DNA of 64,000 bases from the human T2T-CHM13v2.0 reference genome, Homo sapiens. The notes under the pieces were generated by a model that had not been told where the DNA came from, did not search any database, and saw only the letters and a program-made list of their open reading frames with translations. Positions 1 through 11,815 of this stretch are shown here, one piece after another (the stretch's first letter is position 1; every line of letters starts with the position of its first letter). The stretch lies in NCBI RefSeq assembly GCF_009914755.1, contig NC_060935.1; one strand, given 5' to 3'. A program made the position numbers and the translations under genes.

Positions 1-35
1 CTTCATCTCATAGTCAAGGAAATTTTCAGCAATTG

Positions 36-335
<300 letters not shown>

Positions 336-939
336 CAGTGTGTCTTTTACCCAGACTATCTAAGGTAGGTCAACAGATATTGTGAAAACTGTCCAAAAGC
401 AAAAAGGAAACCTGCCCAATTTTCAATATATGCTAGGGTGAAAATAAAGGTCACTTTTAGTGTGAGAATTAGGCATGTTAGTCAGTATATCATAGTGAAA
501 GTTTATTGTTCCCTTCAAAAGTATAATTTGGAATAAAAAAATTAATTTTAACTAGATATGTAAAAATGATTCTAATAGAATGACTGGCGTACTTCATCAG
601 TATATAAAATTTGCAAAAAGGTTATAAAATTCATTAGGAAACATGGTGGTCAAGGTATAAAATGCTAAGATGGACTATTGAATAAAGCTGGGGATATGCG
701 AGACTATTTCAAAAAATCATAAAAAAAATTTAAAACATCATTCATTTCCACAATGGAATATGTATTTGTAACTAACTTGTAATAATTATAATTAAAGAAT
801 ACTTTTTTATGCCTTTGTTTTCTAGACTCTGTGGAAGGCTTTGTTATAGCAGCGTAGGAGAAAGAAGCAATAAGTGGTTGTAAAGTCTCTTGCAAACACA
901 AAATGTTATGTAAATTCTAAATAGAAATAACTGTTGAGA

Positions 940-979
940 GACCAGGCATGGTGGCTCACACCTGTAATCCCAGCCCTTT
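940..979 (+). mobile_element. 3'-truncated (tailless) Alu 5' fragment with TSDs
   Basis: GACCAGGCATGGTGGCTCACACCTGTAATCCCAGCCCTTT matches Alu nt 1-40; flanked by AGAAATAACTG[T/C]TGAG at 923-938 and 980-995. Confidence 0.9.
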
Positions 980-1084
980 AGAAATAACTGCTGAGGAGAG
1001 TATTTTCCTTCAAGAGCACGAATACACTCAAGCTATTGACTATGTTTATACAGTGATGTGGAGAAAAGAGAAAAACTGTAAGCA

Positions 1085-1268
1085 AACAGACCTGGGCTTG
1101 CATCTCTAGTTCTACCACTTTCTAGGTGTGTTCAATTGGGTAAATTGCTTAAAATTTCCAGAAAAATACAGATAATTCCACTTACCTTAGAAGGTTGTTA
1201 AGAGAATTAAATGTAATATTATGTGTAGATTCTAGTATACACAAAGTGGATACATAACAGTTACTATT
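1085..1268 (+). mobile_element. MIR relic
   Basis: CAGACCTGGG...CTACCACTT...GGGTAAATTGCTTAA...GGTTGTTAAGAGAATTAAATG core motifs. Confidence 0.7.
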
Positions 1269-1293
1269 TTTCTTTCCTCGTCTCTGAGTAAAC

Positions 1294-1489
1294 CAAGCTT
1301 GTCCAACCCCTAGTCCAACACAAATTCATAAACTTTCTTAAAATATAATGAGATTTTTTTGTGATTTTTTTTAATTTTTGTTTTTTAGCTCATCAGCTAT
1401 CGTTAGTGTTAGTGTATTTTATGTGTGGCCCAAGACATTTCTTCATCTTCCAGTGAGGCCCAGAGAAGCCAAAAGATTGAACACCACTG
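1294..1489 (-). mobile_element. MER30 (hAT-Charlie MITE), internally deleted
   Basis: CAAGCTTGTCCAACCC at one end, AAAAGATTGAACACCACTG at the other; internal GCTCATCAGCTATCGTTAGTGTTAGTG. Confidence 0.85.
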
Positions 1490-1769
1490 GTTAATTTCCC
1501 CTAAAATGGATAAGAAATACTACAAGGCATTACAACTCCCAATGAGATAAATGGGTGGAAGAGGCATCAGCCTACAGCAACTACCAGAATCATAATTCCT
1601 GGTGTACATATTTAGTTTTTTATCAACATCCTCAATCCTTAAGTGCCCTAAATGATAATGAACTAAGAATAATTATGCTTGTTAGGTAACAATGGGCAAA
1701 TCTTTCTCTACTCTGGAATTCTCTTCCTTTGTGTTTAGCAGGAATGAGCTAGATTCCTCATATATTCAT

Positions 1770-2080
1770 CCAAGGACTCAGTGTGGTCCTTGGATGAATA
1801 CCAGTCTGCAAAACTGTTTGTTTCCCATCTACTACAAAGTATTGAAAATGAAAGTAAGCATTTAGAGACTTTTATAACAATTTGACCAAGTAAGTGTATA
1901 TCTTTTGTTAAAAAAAAAAAGGATTTTATCTTGTATGTTTTTGGTTTATTTCCCCATTTCACTTCTCCAGTAATTCATTTTTATTGCATTTTACAAAAGT
2001 ATTGGTCTGCAGTAGATTGTAAATTTAAACACACACACACACATACACACCTTTTATCACAAAAAGTTTGAGGAGCATTG
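1770..2080. mobile_element. hAT-Charlie relic (Charlie4-like)
   Basis: GTGTGGTCC...AACTGTTTGTT...GTAAGCATTTAGAGACTTTTATAACAATTTGAC and terminal AAAGTTTGAGGAGCATTG resemble recalled Charlie consensus. Confidence 0.5.
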
Positions 2081-2254
2081 GACAGATAATCGCTTAAGCC
2101 CTGGTATTCTACAAGATTATTTTCTGTCCATGTTGCCTGAGGCTGACCAACTCCAGAGGAAGATAAGGTGTTTATTGCCTAATGTCCTCCAAAGAGGCAC
2201 CTCCTCTCCATCAAAGATAATGAAGATGAGGATGATGATGGTGATGATGATGAT

Positions 2255-2400
2255 TTCCCTCTTTACATGCATTATCTCATTTAATCCCTTACTGTTATTA
2301 CACCATTTAATAGAAAGAGGTAATTAAAGCCCAGGAAGACACAAATGGCTTTAGTTGTATTTGATTCCAAATCCTGTATGTTTCCCACCATGCCATGTTG
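2255..2400 (-). mobile_element. MIR relic preceded by (GAT)n low-complexity run
   Basis: TTTACATGCATTATCTCATTTAATCC; GAT-rich run at 2215-2254. Confidence 0.6.
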
Positions 2401-2929
2401 CTTCCAGTGATACTGCTTTCCCAAGAAAAACTGCTTGCCATTAGCCAAGTCTATCCCGTGCAGCCTGGGGGAATCACCTGGTAAAGTCGGCAAACCTGTG
2501 AAGTCTCAGCCAAAAAGGCATGCCTCTTATCCTAATACCATGGGAATTCCCCTTTAGCCTAACCAGCAGAAGTCAACTAAAATCATAGAGCCTCAGGATT
2601 TAAAAGTATCTGAGGAATAATCTACAATCTCTATTCCAATGGTTGGGTCATTGCCATAACATACTTTACAACTGGTTATCACTTGTAAATCTGAATACCT
2701 CCAGCTACAGGAACTTACTACACACAGAGGTAGCTCATTGTCAGTATATTCTTATAATCTAATAAGGATTGTTTCAGTTAAATTAATCTGAGAGCTTTCT
2801 CTTTGTACCTGTACTGTTTTGGGCAAAATTTTACTGTGTGGAGCCATGGAAAACAACCATGTAGAATTGTTCTACTTTGTAACAACAAGCTATGTATCTG
2901 GATTTTTTACAGGCAGCTGTAGAGCTGTT

Positions 2930-3110
2930 AGAACTTGAGTTGAATTCTGGCTCTTAACATTTAGATATGACCTGAGACAAACTATTTGCCCTCATCAATG
3001 TTGTCTGTAAAATGAGGACAATAATCCTGGCATCATTTAAATGTTATGATAATTAAATAAAATATTACATCAAGTAAAAGCACCAGGTAGGTACTTTAGA
3101 AAGTTTGTTG
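2930..3110 (+). mobile_element. MIR relic
   Basis: GTTGAATTCTGGCTCT...TGACCTGAGACAA...CTGTAAAATGAGGACAATAAT. Confidence 0.65.
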
Positions 3111-3487
3111 AACTGATTCCTTTATATTTTCTCATTGTTTTACTCTTCTGAACACTGTTTTCTGATACTGATTCATTCTGTTTCTTACCCTATAGTTTTC
3201 TCCCCTAGGCCACCTCAGGGATTCAAATTTGTATTATTTTAAATCATACCATAAATGACCATAATATTGAAAGATGCTATTTAGTTTACAAAACGTTTTC
3301 ATGTTCTGATTCAAATTAATATTACATAAATCCTATGAACCTAGAAGAACATATTAACATTTCATAGGCAAGGAGTTGAAGATCTTTATTCTTTATATAG
3401 AAGGTAATGTAGATTCACTAAGTTGAAAAGCTCGTAAAGGTTACTTTTCTACAAAATACACAAGCAATTAATTAATTTATTAATTCT

Positions 3488-3790
3488 TTCTGTTTATTTA
3501 TTTATTTTGAGACAGAGTTTCACTCTGTCACCCAGGCTGGAGTGCAGTGGTGGGATCTCAGCTCACTGAAACCTCCACCTCCTGGATTCAAGTGATTCTC
3601 ATGCCTCAGCCTCCTGAGTATCTGGAACTACAGGCACGCACCACCATGCCTGGCTAATTTTTGTATTTTTAGTAGAGATGGGGCTTTGCCATGTTGTCCA
3701 GGCTGGTCTTGAACTCCTGGCCTCAAGCAATCTACCCACCTTGGCCTCCCGAAGTGCTGGGATTACAGGCTTGAGACACTGCACTCAGCC
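3488..3790 (-). mobile_element. Alu (AluJb/old AluS)
   Basis: Full reverse Alu with GGCCTCAAGCAATC; TSD TAA[T/C]TTATTAATTCT at ~3473-3487 and 3792-3806. Confidence 0.93.
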
Positions 3791-3824
3791 CTAACTTATT
3801 AATTCTAAAGTAAGTAACCATTGT

Positions 3825-3995
3825 CACTAGATGCCAGTCTAACACCTGGAGATATAGATGTGAATAAAATTCTCATTGCCTCTGCCTTTGAGAAGCTATT
3901 AGGCTAAAGGGGAAGAAAGATATGGAATAACTGTGATGAGTGTAAAGCTATGCAGGATGTTAAGGCAGCATAAAATAGATTGGCCTACCTGCACT
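3825..3995 (-). mobile_element. L2 3' relic
   Basis: CTGGAGATATAGATGTGAATAAAA...CTCTGCCTTTGAGAAGCTA typical of antisense L2 3' end. Confidence 0.5.
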
Positions 3996-4628
3996 GGAAC
4001 TGTTAGCTTATGGTAACCTCTCAATCAGAACCACTCTAGTGATGATAAATACTATTATAATTATCATAATAATATCATAGCATCATCTGTTTTCTGCACA
4101 GCTATACTTCATTGTGAGGCTTGAGCGTTTATGATAATCTATCTTCTTTCATTTAAATCAAACAATGCTATAAACTCAGTCAACTGATTCCAAAAACAAA
4201 TGTTTTGAATGTAGTTATTGGGAAGTATGGACCACCCTATTTTTATGAAATAAAAGTTTGTTTACACAAAGCAAAAGTGGCCCTAATAAAAACACCATCC
4301 CTTTTTTCAAAAGTGTTAGGCATAATGATGGATGACATTTTCTCCATTGCAACAAAAACTTGTCTTCATATGCTACTGGGTTCTCTGGAAAGAAGTGATC
4401 TTTTTTTTTTCCTTATAAGTTCAGAAAAGACAATAATTATCCCTTGAAAAAATTTATACATAGGGATCCTGGTATCTTTAATAAATACTTTCCAAAATTG
4501 TCTTGTAGTAACTATGGTATCGGTGGAATTACACCTGTAACAAGCATATAATTTTCTATTTAAAGTACTCCTAGAGTGCAGTACGTTTATGATGTAATGA
4601 ACTCTTTACACGAAGGAAGAATCATTGG

Positions 4629-4662
4629 TTTTGTCATTGGTAAGCTTTTGTCATTGGTAAGC
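4629..4662. repeat. Perfect 17-bp tandem duplication
   Basis: TTTTGTCATTGGTAAGC x2. Confidence 0.9.
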
Positions 4663-4940
4663 TTTTAAAATTAATTGTGAATCCTAATGCAGCATTTTAT
4701 AAAACATGCTTTAGTTTAGAAACCTGGGCATCTCATCAATTTCTTCTCTTCCCAAAGGATTTAGATCAATAGTAGCCAACACAGTCCACTCATGCTCATA
4801 TTAAGTTTCATATTCCTGTTCCTAGGATTTAATTCTCTAGTAATAAATCTCTTAGTAAATGATGTTCTCTATCCAGGGCTGCCAAGCAAACTCACTGTTT
4901 TGATAAAGGTTCGGCTTTAGCCTTCTGAGTCTTCTAATGG

Positions 4941-5057
4941 ACTTGCTAGGCTGTCTGCCCTTTCAGAGATCCATTCAAAAGAAAGGGCAAAAAGTCCCCA
5001 TAACCATTTAGTAAATTGGCTTCATTACCAAATGTTACAGGTTTACCAATAGTCTGG
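4941..5057 (+). repeat. Arm 1 (donor) of 117-bp inverted repeat
   Basis: Reverse complement of 5879-5995 with one mismatch. Confidence 0.97.
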
Positions 5058-5338
5058 GGTTTGCCTTTCCTTAGGGGAGAGAAAGACAACCTAGCAAACA
5101 AGTGTTTCAGACACAATCAACTCTTTAATCTCTGCTTCTAATTGTGATGTGATGACCTGTGCTGCTTCTGCAGCGTTCTCCATAGTGAGTTAGCAGCGGC
5201 CCCACAACACTGTGCACACCTTCATGACTATACTTTTAACTGTGTATTTAAATTATTTTTAACCACCTCTTCTGTGACATTATGAGTATTTGGGTTACAG
5301 GGACAATAACTTGTTTTTCTCTGCAGTCCTGTATATAC

Positions 5339-5789
5339 TAATATGAACAGGAGACAGGAAAATACTGATTAGAAGAGGGCAGTTCCCCAGCAAAGGTGGA
5401 ATGATGTGGTAGAGAAAGAGAGGAGGGATGTCTGGACACTGGGCCGGCGACAGTCAGGAGCAGAGACCGGCAGCTACGTGGCCCAACTCCAGGGGAAGAC
5501 CACCTTCCCACTCCATCCCCCTCTTCCTGCTCCCCATCCATCTCGCTGAGAGCCCACCTCCACCACTCAATAAAACCTGGCACTCATCCTTTGCACCCAC
5601 GTGTGATCTGATTCTTCTGGGACACTGGGCAAGAGCTCAGGATACAGAAAGCTGTCACATGGCCCTCTGCCCTTGTGAAAAAGCAGAGGGTCCATTGAGC
5701 TGATTAACATACAAGGTGTCTGAAAATGGGAAAGCTGAAACAGCTTGGTAACACTGGGGTTGCAGGTATCCACCCCAAACTAAGTAACA
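5339..5789 (+). mobile_element. ERV1 solo LTR, LTR1-like, internally deleted
   Basis: Starts TAATATGAACAGGAGACAGGAAAATACTG..AGAAGAGGGCAGTTCCCCAGCAAAGG; AATAAA at ~5569; ends GTAACA. Confidence 0.7.
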
Positions 5790-5865
5790 CCTAAACCAAG
5801 CTGGCTAATCAGATTCTCTTTCTTGGGATTTTAGAATTGAAGCAATGCATTTTTACCCGTGATGG

Positions 5866-6520
5866 TGTAATGGTTACTCCAGACTATTGGTAAACCTGTA
5901 ACATTTGGTAATGAAGCCAATTTGCTAAATGGTTATGGGGACTTTTTGCCCTTTCTTTTGAATGGATCTCTGAAAGGGCAGACAGCCTAGCAAGTGTCAA
6001 CTTTATTGGATTGAAGGACCTGAAGTACTGTTCCTGGGTGTGTCTGTGAGGGTGTTGCCAAAGGAGATTAACATTCGTGTCAGTGGACTGGGAAGGGCAG
6101 ACCCACCCTCATTCTAGGTGGGCACAATCTAATCAGCTGCCAGCATGGCCAGAATAAAAGCAGGCAGAAGAACATGGAAAGACTAGACTAACTAAGTCTT
6201 CTGGCCTCCATTTTTCTCCCATGTTGAATGCTTCCTGACCTTGAACATCAGACTCCAAGTTCTTCAGCTTTTGGACTCTTGAACTTAACACCAGTGGTTT
6301 GCCAGGGGCTCTCAGGCCTTCTACTACAGACTGAAGGCTGCTATTGGCTTCCCTACTTTTGAGGTTTTGGGACACAGACTGGCTTCCTGGCTCCTCAGCT
6401 TGCAGAGGGCCTATTCTGGGACTTTACTTTGTGATTGTGTGAGTCAATTATAATAAACTCCTCTTCATATATTCATCTATCTTATCCGTTCTGTCCCTCT
6501 AGAAAACCCTAAATAATACA
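5866..6520 (+). mobile_element. MLT2A (HERV-L) solo LTR interrupted by templated insertion
   Basis: TGTAATGGTTA...AGTGTCAACTTTATTGGATTGAAGG...GAAAACCCTAAATAATACA; 5-bp TSD GATGG at 5861-5865 and 6521-6525. Confidence 0.92.
5879..5995 (-). repeat. Arm 2 (inserted copy) of 117-bp inverted repeat
   Basis: Reverse complement of 4941-5057; lies after nt ~11 of the MLT2A LTR. Confidence 0.97.
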
Positions 6521-7289
6521 GATGGTCACTTAAATAAAATTATAAAAATGTTTTCTTATTCCTTGGTTTCATTTCATTTCTGAGGGCCCATCCTATTCTT
6601 GAGTCCCATCATTCACATGTATATTTATATAAAAAATGTATTTTGGCTTGATCTAAACATAGCTGGGTTTGTTACTTTGAACCAAAAATATATATTATTT
6701 TAATTACTCATTTTCATTTATAGAAACATCATATTTGAAAACAAGGTGGGGCCTTCATCATATGCAACCTTCATATTTTAGGTAAGAAATAAAAATGCAA
6801 TTGCTAAAGATTTCATTTAAACATTTTTATTACACTTGCCAACTGTCCAAAAGAATGCCTCAAATATTAAGAATACACAATTTTTGACATCTTAAGTCTT
6901 CATATATTTCCTTTTATCTTCATGGTACTTTGCACAAGGTCTTAGATGGTGGCGTTCAATAAAAAATTATTCTATTAGTTAACTTAATACAATGCTCGGA
7001 ATCTGTGTACAGTAGTTGTTGACAACTTAATTTATTATAATCTCCTTCCTGTATTTTCTTTCCTAAGAGGATTTAAAGCAGCTCCCAAAGGATAGGAGCT
7101 TAGGTCAGGTCAGAGGGAGATAAAGGCAAGAAAACTATTCATATCAGTTAATATAGTTTTTTGCTTTGTTTCAAAATTTGACTACAACAAGCATAGAGAG
7201 GCAAGGATTTCCCTTTTTCTCTCTTCTACTTCTTTTCCACTACCCTGGCACTACCTTCCAAAAGAAATTTCACATTGGAGATCCTGTGT

Positions 7290-7900
7290 CCATTCATTTA
7301 GTCATTCATGTATTCATTTAACTAATATTTATTGAATGTCCATGTACCAGTCAGAGAAGTAGGTGCTTGAGATACAAGACAGAGATGAGGATTGTTCCTT
7401 CCAACACAGCATTCACAGTGAGGATCTAAGAGTAAGTGAGTAATTTCAATAAAGCATACTAAGGGCTATGTTGGGAGAAATACATAATCCTATGGGAGGA
7501 GGCAGGGTGAAATCTAACCAAGACACAGATGCATGGAAGGTTTCTTAAAGAAAATGTTCAACTTAATATCCAAATTGAAAAAAAAATATTTTATAACAAT
7601 TCTCCTTGCCCAAGGCCCTCATAGACATGCCATTCACTCTGCAGAATATTCTCCCCATTATGACTTGTGCCCACACCATTATTTGACCAATTTATTTGGC
7701 TAACTCCTATGCAACTTTCAGGACAGAGTCCGTATCTGTCTATTCACTGCCACATTTCCACACTAGCAAGTGCCAACTCTAACATAGGAGCTCGACAGCA
7801 TTTTGAAAGGTAATCACACTATATTCTAATTATTAATAGTTGGTTTACATGACTAGAGCCTTCTCAAGGGCAGTGATGGTTTCATTTCTTCACTCTCAAC
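7290..7900. mobile_element. L2 relics (antisense 7290-7580, sense 7600-7900)
   Basis: CATTCATTTAACTAATATTTATTGAATGTCC; TATCTGTCTATTCACTGCC...ATAGGAGCTC. Confidence 0.6.
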
Positions 7901-9039
7901 AGGGCCTGCCTCTTTCTATTCCTTGACATAAACCGGACTCTTCATGCTAATCAGGCTGGAAGTGTATCGTAAGTCCTCACTGATACTCACATTCCATCTC
8001 TTGAGTTTAATCAGCTTCCATTTACCTATCCATTTGCTTCTTAGTCTTGGTATTGCTGTTTCCTTCATCTCTCACCCTCATTTGGATCCATATTTCAATG
8101 ATCACATTCTCTGCCCAACCCCTCTGATTGATGCTCTGGTTTGAACATAACACAATTCTGGCGTTACCATCAGCATCTTCTCCTAGACACAGTTTCTCAT
8201 TTTTTCTATCTGGGGTCACATAAACACAAAGTGTCCCCTGACATGCCACTGCTCTCTACTTACCCCAACTTCTCAATTGGCTCCTCCCTCAGGAGAAGAA
8301 AGAGGATACACAAACATTCAGATGAGTGCCAGGTATACAGTAGTCATTCCACTTATTCAGAATAACTTTTTTTAAATGCCATTAATTTTATAGTGGAATT
8401 CAATGTAAGAGTATTAACTGATCTATAAAATGTTTCACATATATTGTGTGAGATATATACCTCTATAATTTACCTCCTTCAAAATTCCTTAAGGAATTTA
8501 AGAAACTGTGTTTGTTGGGGTGAGGGGCTACATCAGCAAAAGCCAGGGGAGATTTTTACTTTATTCCATAATATTCTACCATAGATATTATTTAGATGCA
8601 TTTATTATAAAATTTTCCTGGCTTACAATTAGTACAGAGTCTACCTAGAGAGCTTGCAGTTTATGCCCCCTTCAGTCAACATTACAAACCTGCAATTTCC
8701 TTTTATCTCACCATTTTATTGGCTCCCACTAGAGATACTGTGAGACAGTAAAAGAGATGGGAATTACACTTGCAGGAAGAATGCTTTCCAAAACATGTTC
8801 TAGCACTTGACTCTTGATAGTGTGTGGCAGCTGGAGGCAGGTGGCCAAATGTCCCAGTGCTATACCCTACCTGACTCTAATTTTCCCCTATAGTTACTCT
8901 CTTTCTGTAGCTTACCTATGACTCTACTTGTCAAATAAGTACTTATTCTTCCATTTCAGATGTTTCCACTTGTATAAAGACTTCAATGACTGCCCTCTAT
9001 AGAGTTCTGCAGTTGTTCTAGTCAATATTTTGACGCACC

Positions 9040-9200
9040 TAACAATGATAGTTAACATTTACATAGTGCTCATTTTCTGCCAAGCACTGTTCTAAGCACT
9101 TTATAATAAAAAATGGCTAATTGAATCCTCACAACAGTCCTATCAAGAAGACACTGTTAGTATCTCCATTCTAAAGAGAAAGAAACTGAGTTTGGAAGTT
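9040..9200 (-). mobile_element. MIR
   Basis: AACATTTACATAGTGCTC...CCAAGCACTGTTCTAAGCACTTTA...AATCCTCACAACAGTCCTAT...GAAACTGAG. Confidence 0.8.
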
Positions 9201-9865
9201 AAAGCAGGTAAGTCTTGAAGAATGAGTTCATAGATTTTAATCAGGTAAAGAAAGATATTCTACACAAATAGAAGAGCATATATATGGTATATATATGCAT
9301 ATATGGCATGAGGTTATGAAGCAGAATAGTATGGGTATTCATTAATTTATTCAAAAATTATATTTTGAACATTGGCTACATTGTAGACACTGTGCTTAGT
9401 TTGGCATTCTGGGAGTAACGGGTAGCAAAGGAAAGAGAAGGTGCTACAAGCAGCTTATTGTTACTGGTAAGTAAAGATGAAAGGGGAAATGTAGGCAGGT
9501 TCAGTTCATGGAGGATGAATGTGTGTAATGCTAAGCAGCTTAGATTTGACCCAATAGGTGCTGGAGAAAACAAAGGAACTTTAAGAGAGGAAATAAGAAG
9601 ATGGTTATATTTGCATGTCCAATGGCAGAAAGTGATGCCTTCTTTCCTAAACTTCCAGAGTATTTTGTACCTTTCATATTATTTATTGTATATTACCTTT
9701 TAGTATAAATTTAAACTGGATTCATATAAAGTACCTCAAGGGGATTTTAAGCTTCTAATAGGCAACAAACTTGACCACTAGGTTTTTGGATCCTCCATAA
9801 TGCCTAGAACAGACTGTACTTTCTACTTAAATGTGTTCAGTAAATGTATGCCAGGTTGAATTATA
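9200..9865. mobile_element. L2 relics
   Basis: ATTCATTAATTTATTCAAAAATTATATTTTGAACA; TTCAGTAAATGTATGCCAGGTTGAAT. Confidence 0.5.
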
Positions 9866-11574
9866 TAGTCCCTGTTTCTACACCTGCATCAAATTCCTCC
9901 CTGAAAACTCATGTCCCTTTTTGTCTTAGCAGGCTGAGCACAGGGACAAACTACTAATGACATAAGGAACGTGCTACATTTGTAGTAGATTAAGAAAGTT
10001 CTCCTGGATAATTAGACATCTGATAGTACTGACTCAGCCTCCCAGAATTCTTCACAAGAATACGGTCTCCCCTCAACCAAACACTGCCTTCTCAAAATCC
10101 TGGATCATGTCCTGTCACATAGAAATTGGACAAACTACTGAAAAATATCATTTTTTAGGATCTACTGTTGAGTAATTTTAAGGTTTCTGAGGAAAATATC
10201 ACACATACTTGAGCCAGAACAGATATACAACTTCCTTGCTGTTATCAGAAAGGTATAAAAATTATTTTGTCATACTCAGCTAATTTAAAAATATTTAAGC
10301 AACCCATTCTTTATCCTACTACTGAAAAATAAATGAAGTTAAAAAACATAAAAGTAATTTACATAAATAAGGTGTTCAGCATTCTAGGTCACTTCATTTT
10401 GGTGTAAGTTTTTTTTATAGCAATCAAAATTATTTATCTGGATAAATTCTACCTTTTCCTGCTTGCCCTCACTAGTAAAACAATTTAATTCTATTATATC
10501 AGCATCACCTTTTCTTGATGCTGTTTTCCCAAACTTTAACCCACAAGACGGTATTCATTCATAAAGTAATCTGTACACTCTCTGAAAGCACACAAACAAG
10601 TATTCCCACAATACCTTCAGTTCACTTACATTCCCATAATACCTTCAGTTCGCTTAAACAGACATTTAATGAAGTGCAATACTCCTTCCGTAGCGGCCTT
10701 TGCATCACCTAACTTATTACTGACACATCCACCAGAGGGGGAAGGAACATTGTGGAGATGAACAGTTGAATGGTATTTACAGGAGACCACTGATCCCTAT
10801 CAAATTGTAGTGTCATTTTAGCCTTCACAAGTGCAAAGATAATTTCTATGATATAGGAACTGATTGAAATTTTCTCTTCCCTTTCCATCCAAGGTGCATT
10901 TCTATGTGGAGTAGATGAGGTGTCATAACACTGTGTACCTTTCTTCCTATTATAGTATGAGTAATTTTACATCTATTTGAAATTTTCATGAGTACAGTGA
11001 CCATGTCTTCTTTTTTCTTATCATCGCTCAGGGATAATATTCAAAATTGTTAGCAACTGGCCTAGCACAGTGACAAATCAATTAGAATGGATGCTGCTTA
11101 GAACACCACTTTGTTATGTACAAACAGAATATCAGTTCAGCAACTGGCATAATGTGGAGAACATAACAGCTCATCAGTAAATAATTGTTAAACAAATACG
11201 TGGATGAAGAAATTAACCGACTTACTGGATCAGACCTGTCTCACATTCAGTTTCAAATCATTCATTACTTCAGTGCTTTCATTGTATTTAATCATTCACT
11301 TTTTAAAATCCCTACAAAGTAGACACTACGTTTATTGTTTAGGGTAATTAGTAGGGGAGGAAAGATGGTTAAATAGAAATAGCCCATGCTTTAAGATGTT
11401 TATAGTCGTTATAGTCTTGCTTATAGTCAAGATGCTTATAGTATGGGAAATAAAATATTTTCATAAATAATCATAAACAAAGTAGAAATGAAAAGTATCA
11501 ATGGCTTACTTTTGGGGACACTTGAGATTCAAAAATAGATCTGTTGGATTCCAAAGACCATGTGCATCTCACTA

Positions 11575-11815
11575 TGTAAAACATTGGCTTTGGAATTTAC
11601 ACACCCGGATTTGAATCTCAGCTTCAGCATTACCTGGTATGTTGGATAACATTGGGAAAGTCATTAAACCATTTTCAGTCTCAGTTTTCTTATCTTTAAA
11701 AGAGGGGTAATAGTACCCACCTCTCAGAGTTTGAGTGAATTTTAAGTATAACCATATTTTAACATATTTAGCACAAAGTGTAATAATACAGTAGACGCTC
11801 ATTAGATATTAATCA
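11575..11815 (+). mobile_element. MIR
   Basis: GGCTTTGGAA...GGATTTGAATCTCAGCTTCAGC...GTCTCAGTTTTCTTATCTTTAAAAGAGGGGTAATAGTACCCACCTC. Confidence 0.85.

Noticed and set aside
4941-5995. Inverted repeat as terminal inverted repeats of a DNA transposon
   Set aside because: No TSD outside the arms, no transposase, and one arm interrupts an LTR whose 5' end and TSD lie inside the supposed element.
10729-10742. CTCF-like CCACCAGAGGGGGA (also GCACCAGGGGGTTG near 60707)
   Set aside because: Both lack the conserved GGC at the 3' end of the core; too weak without data.
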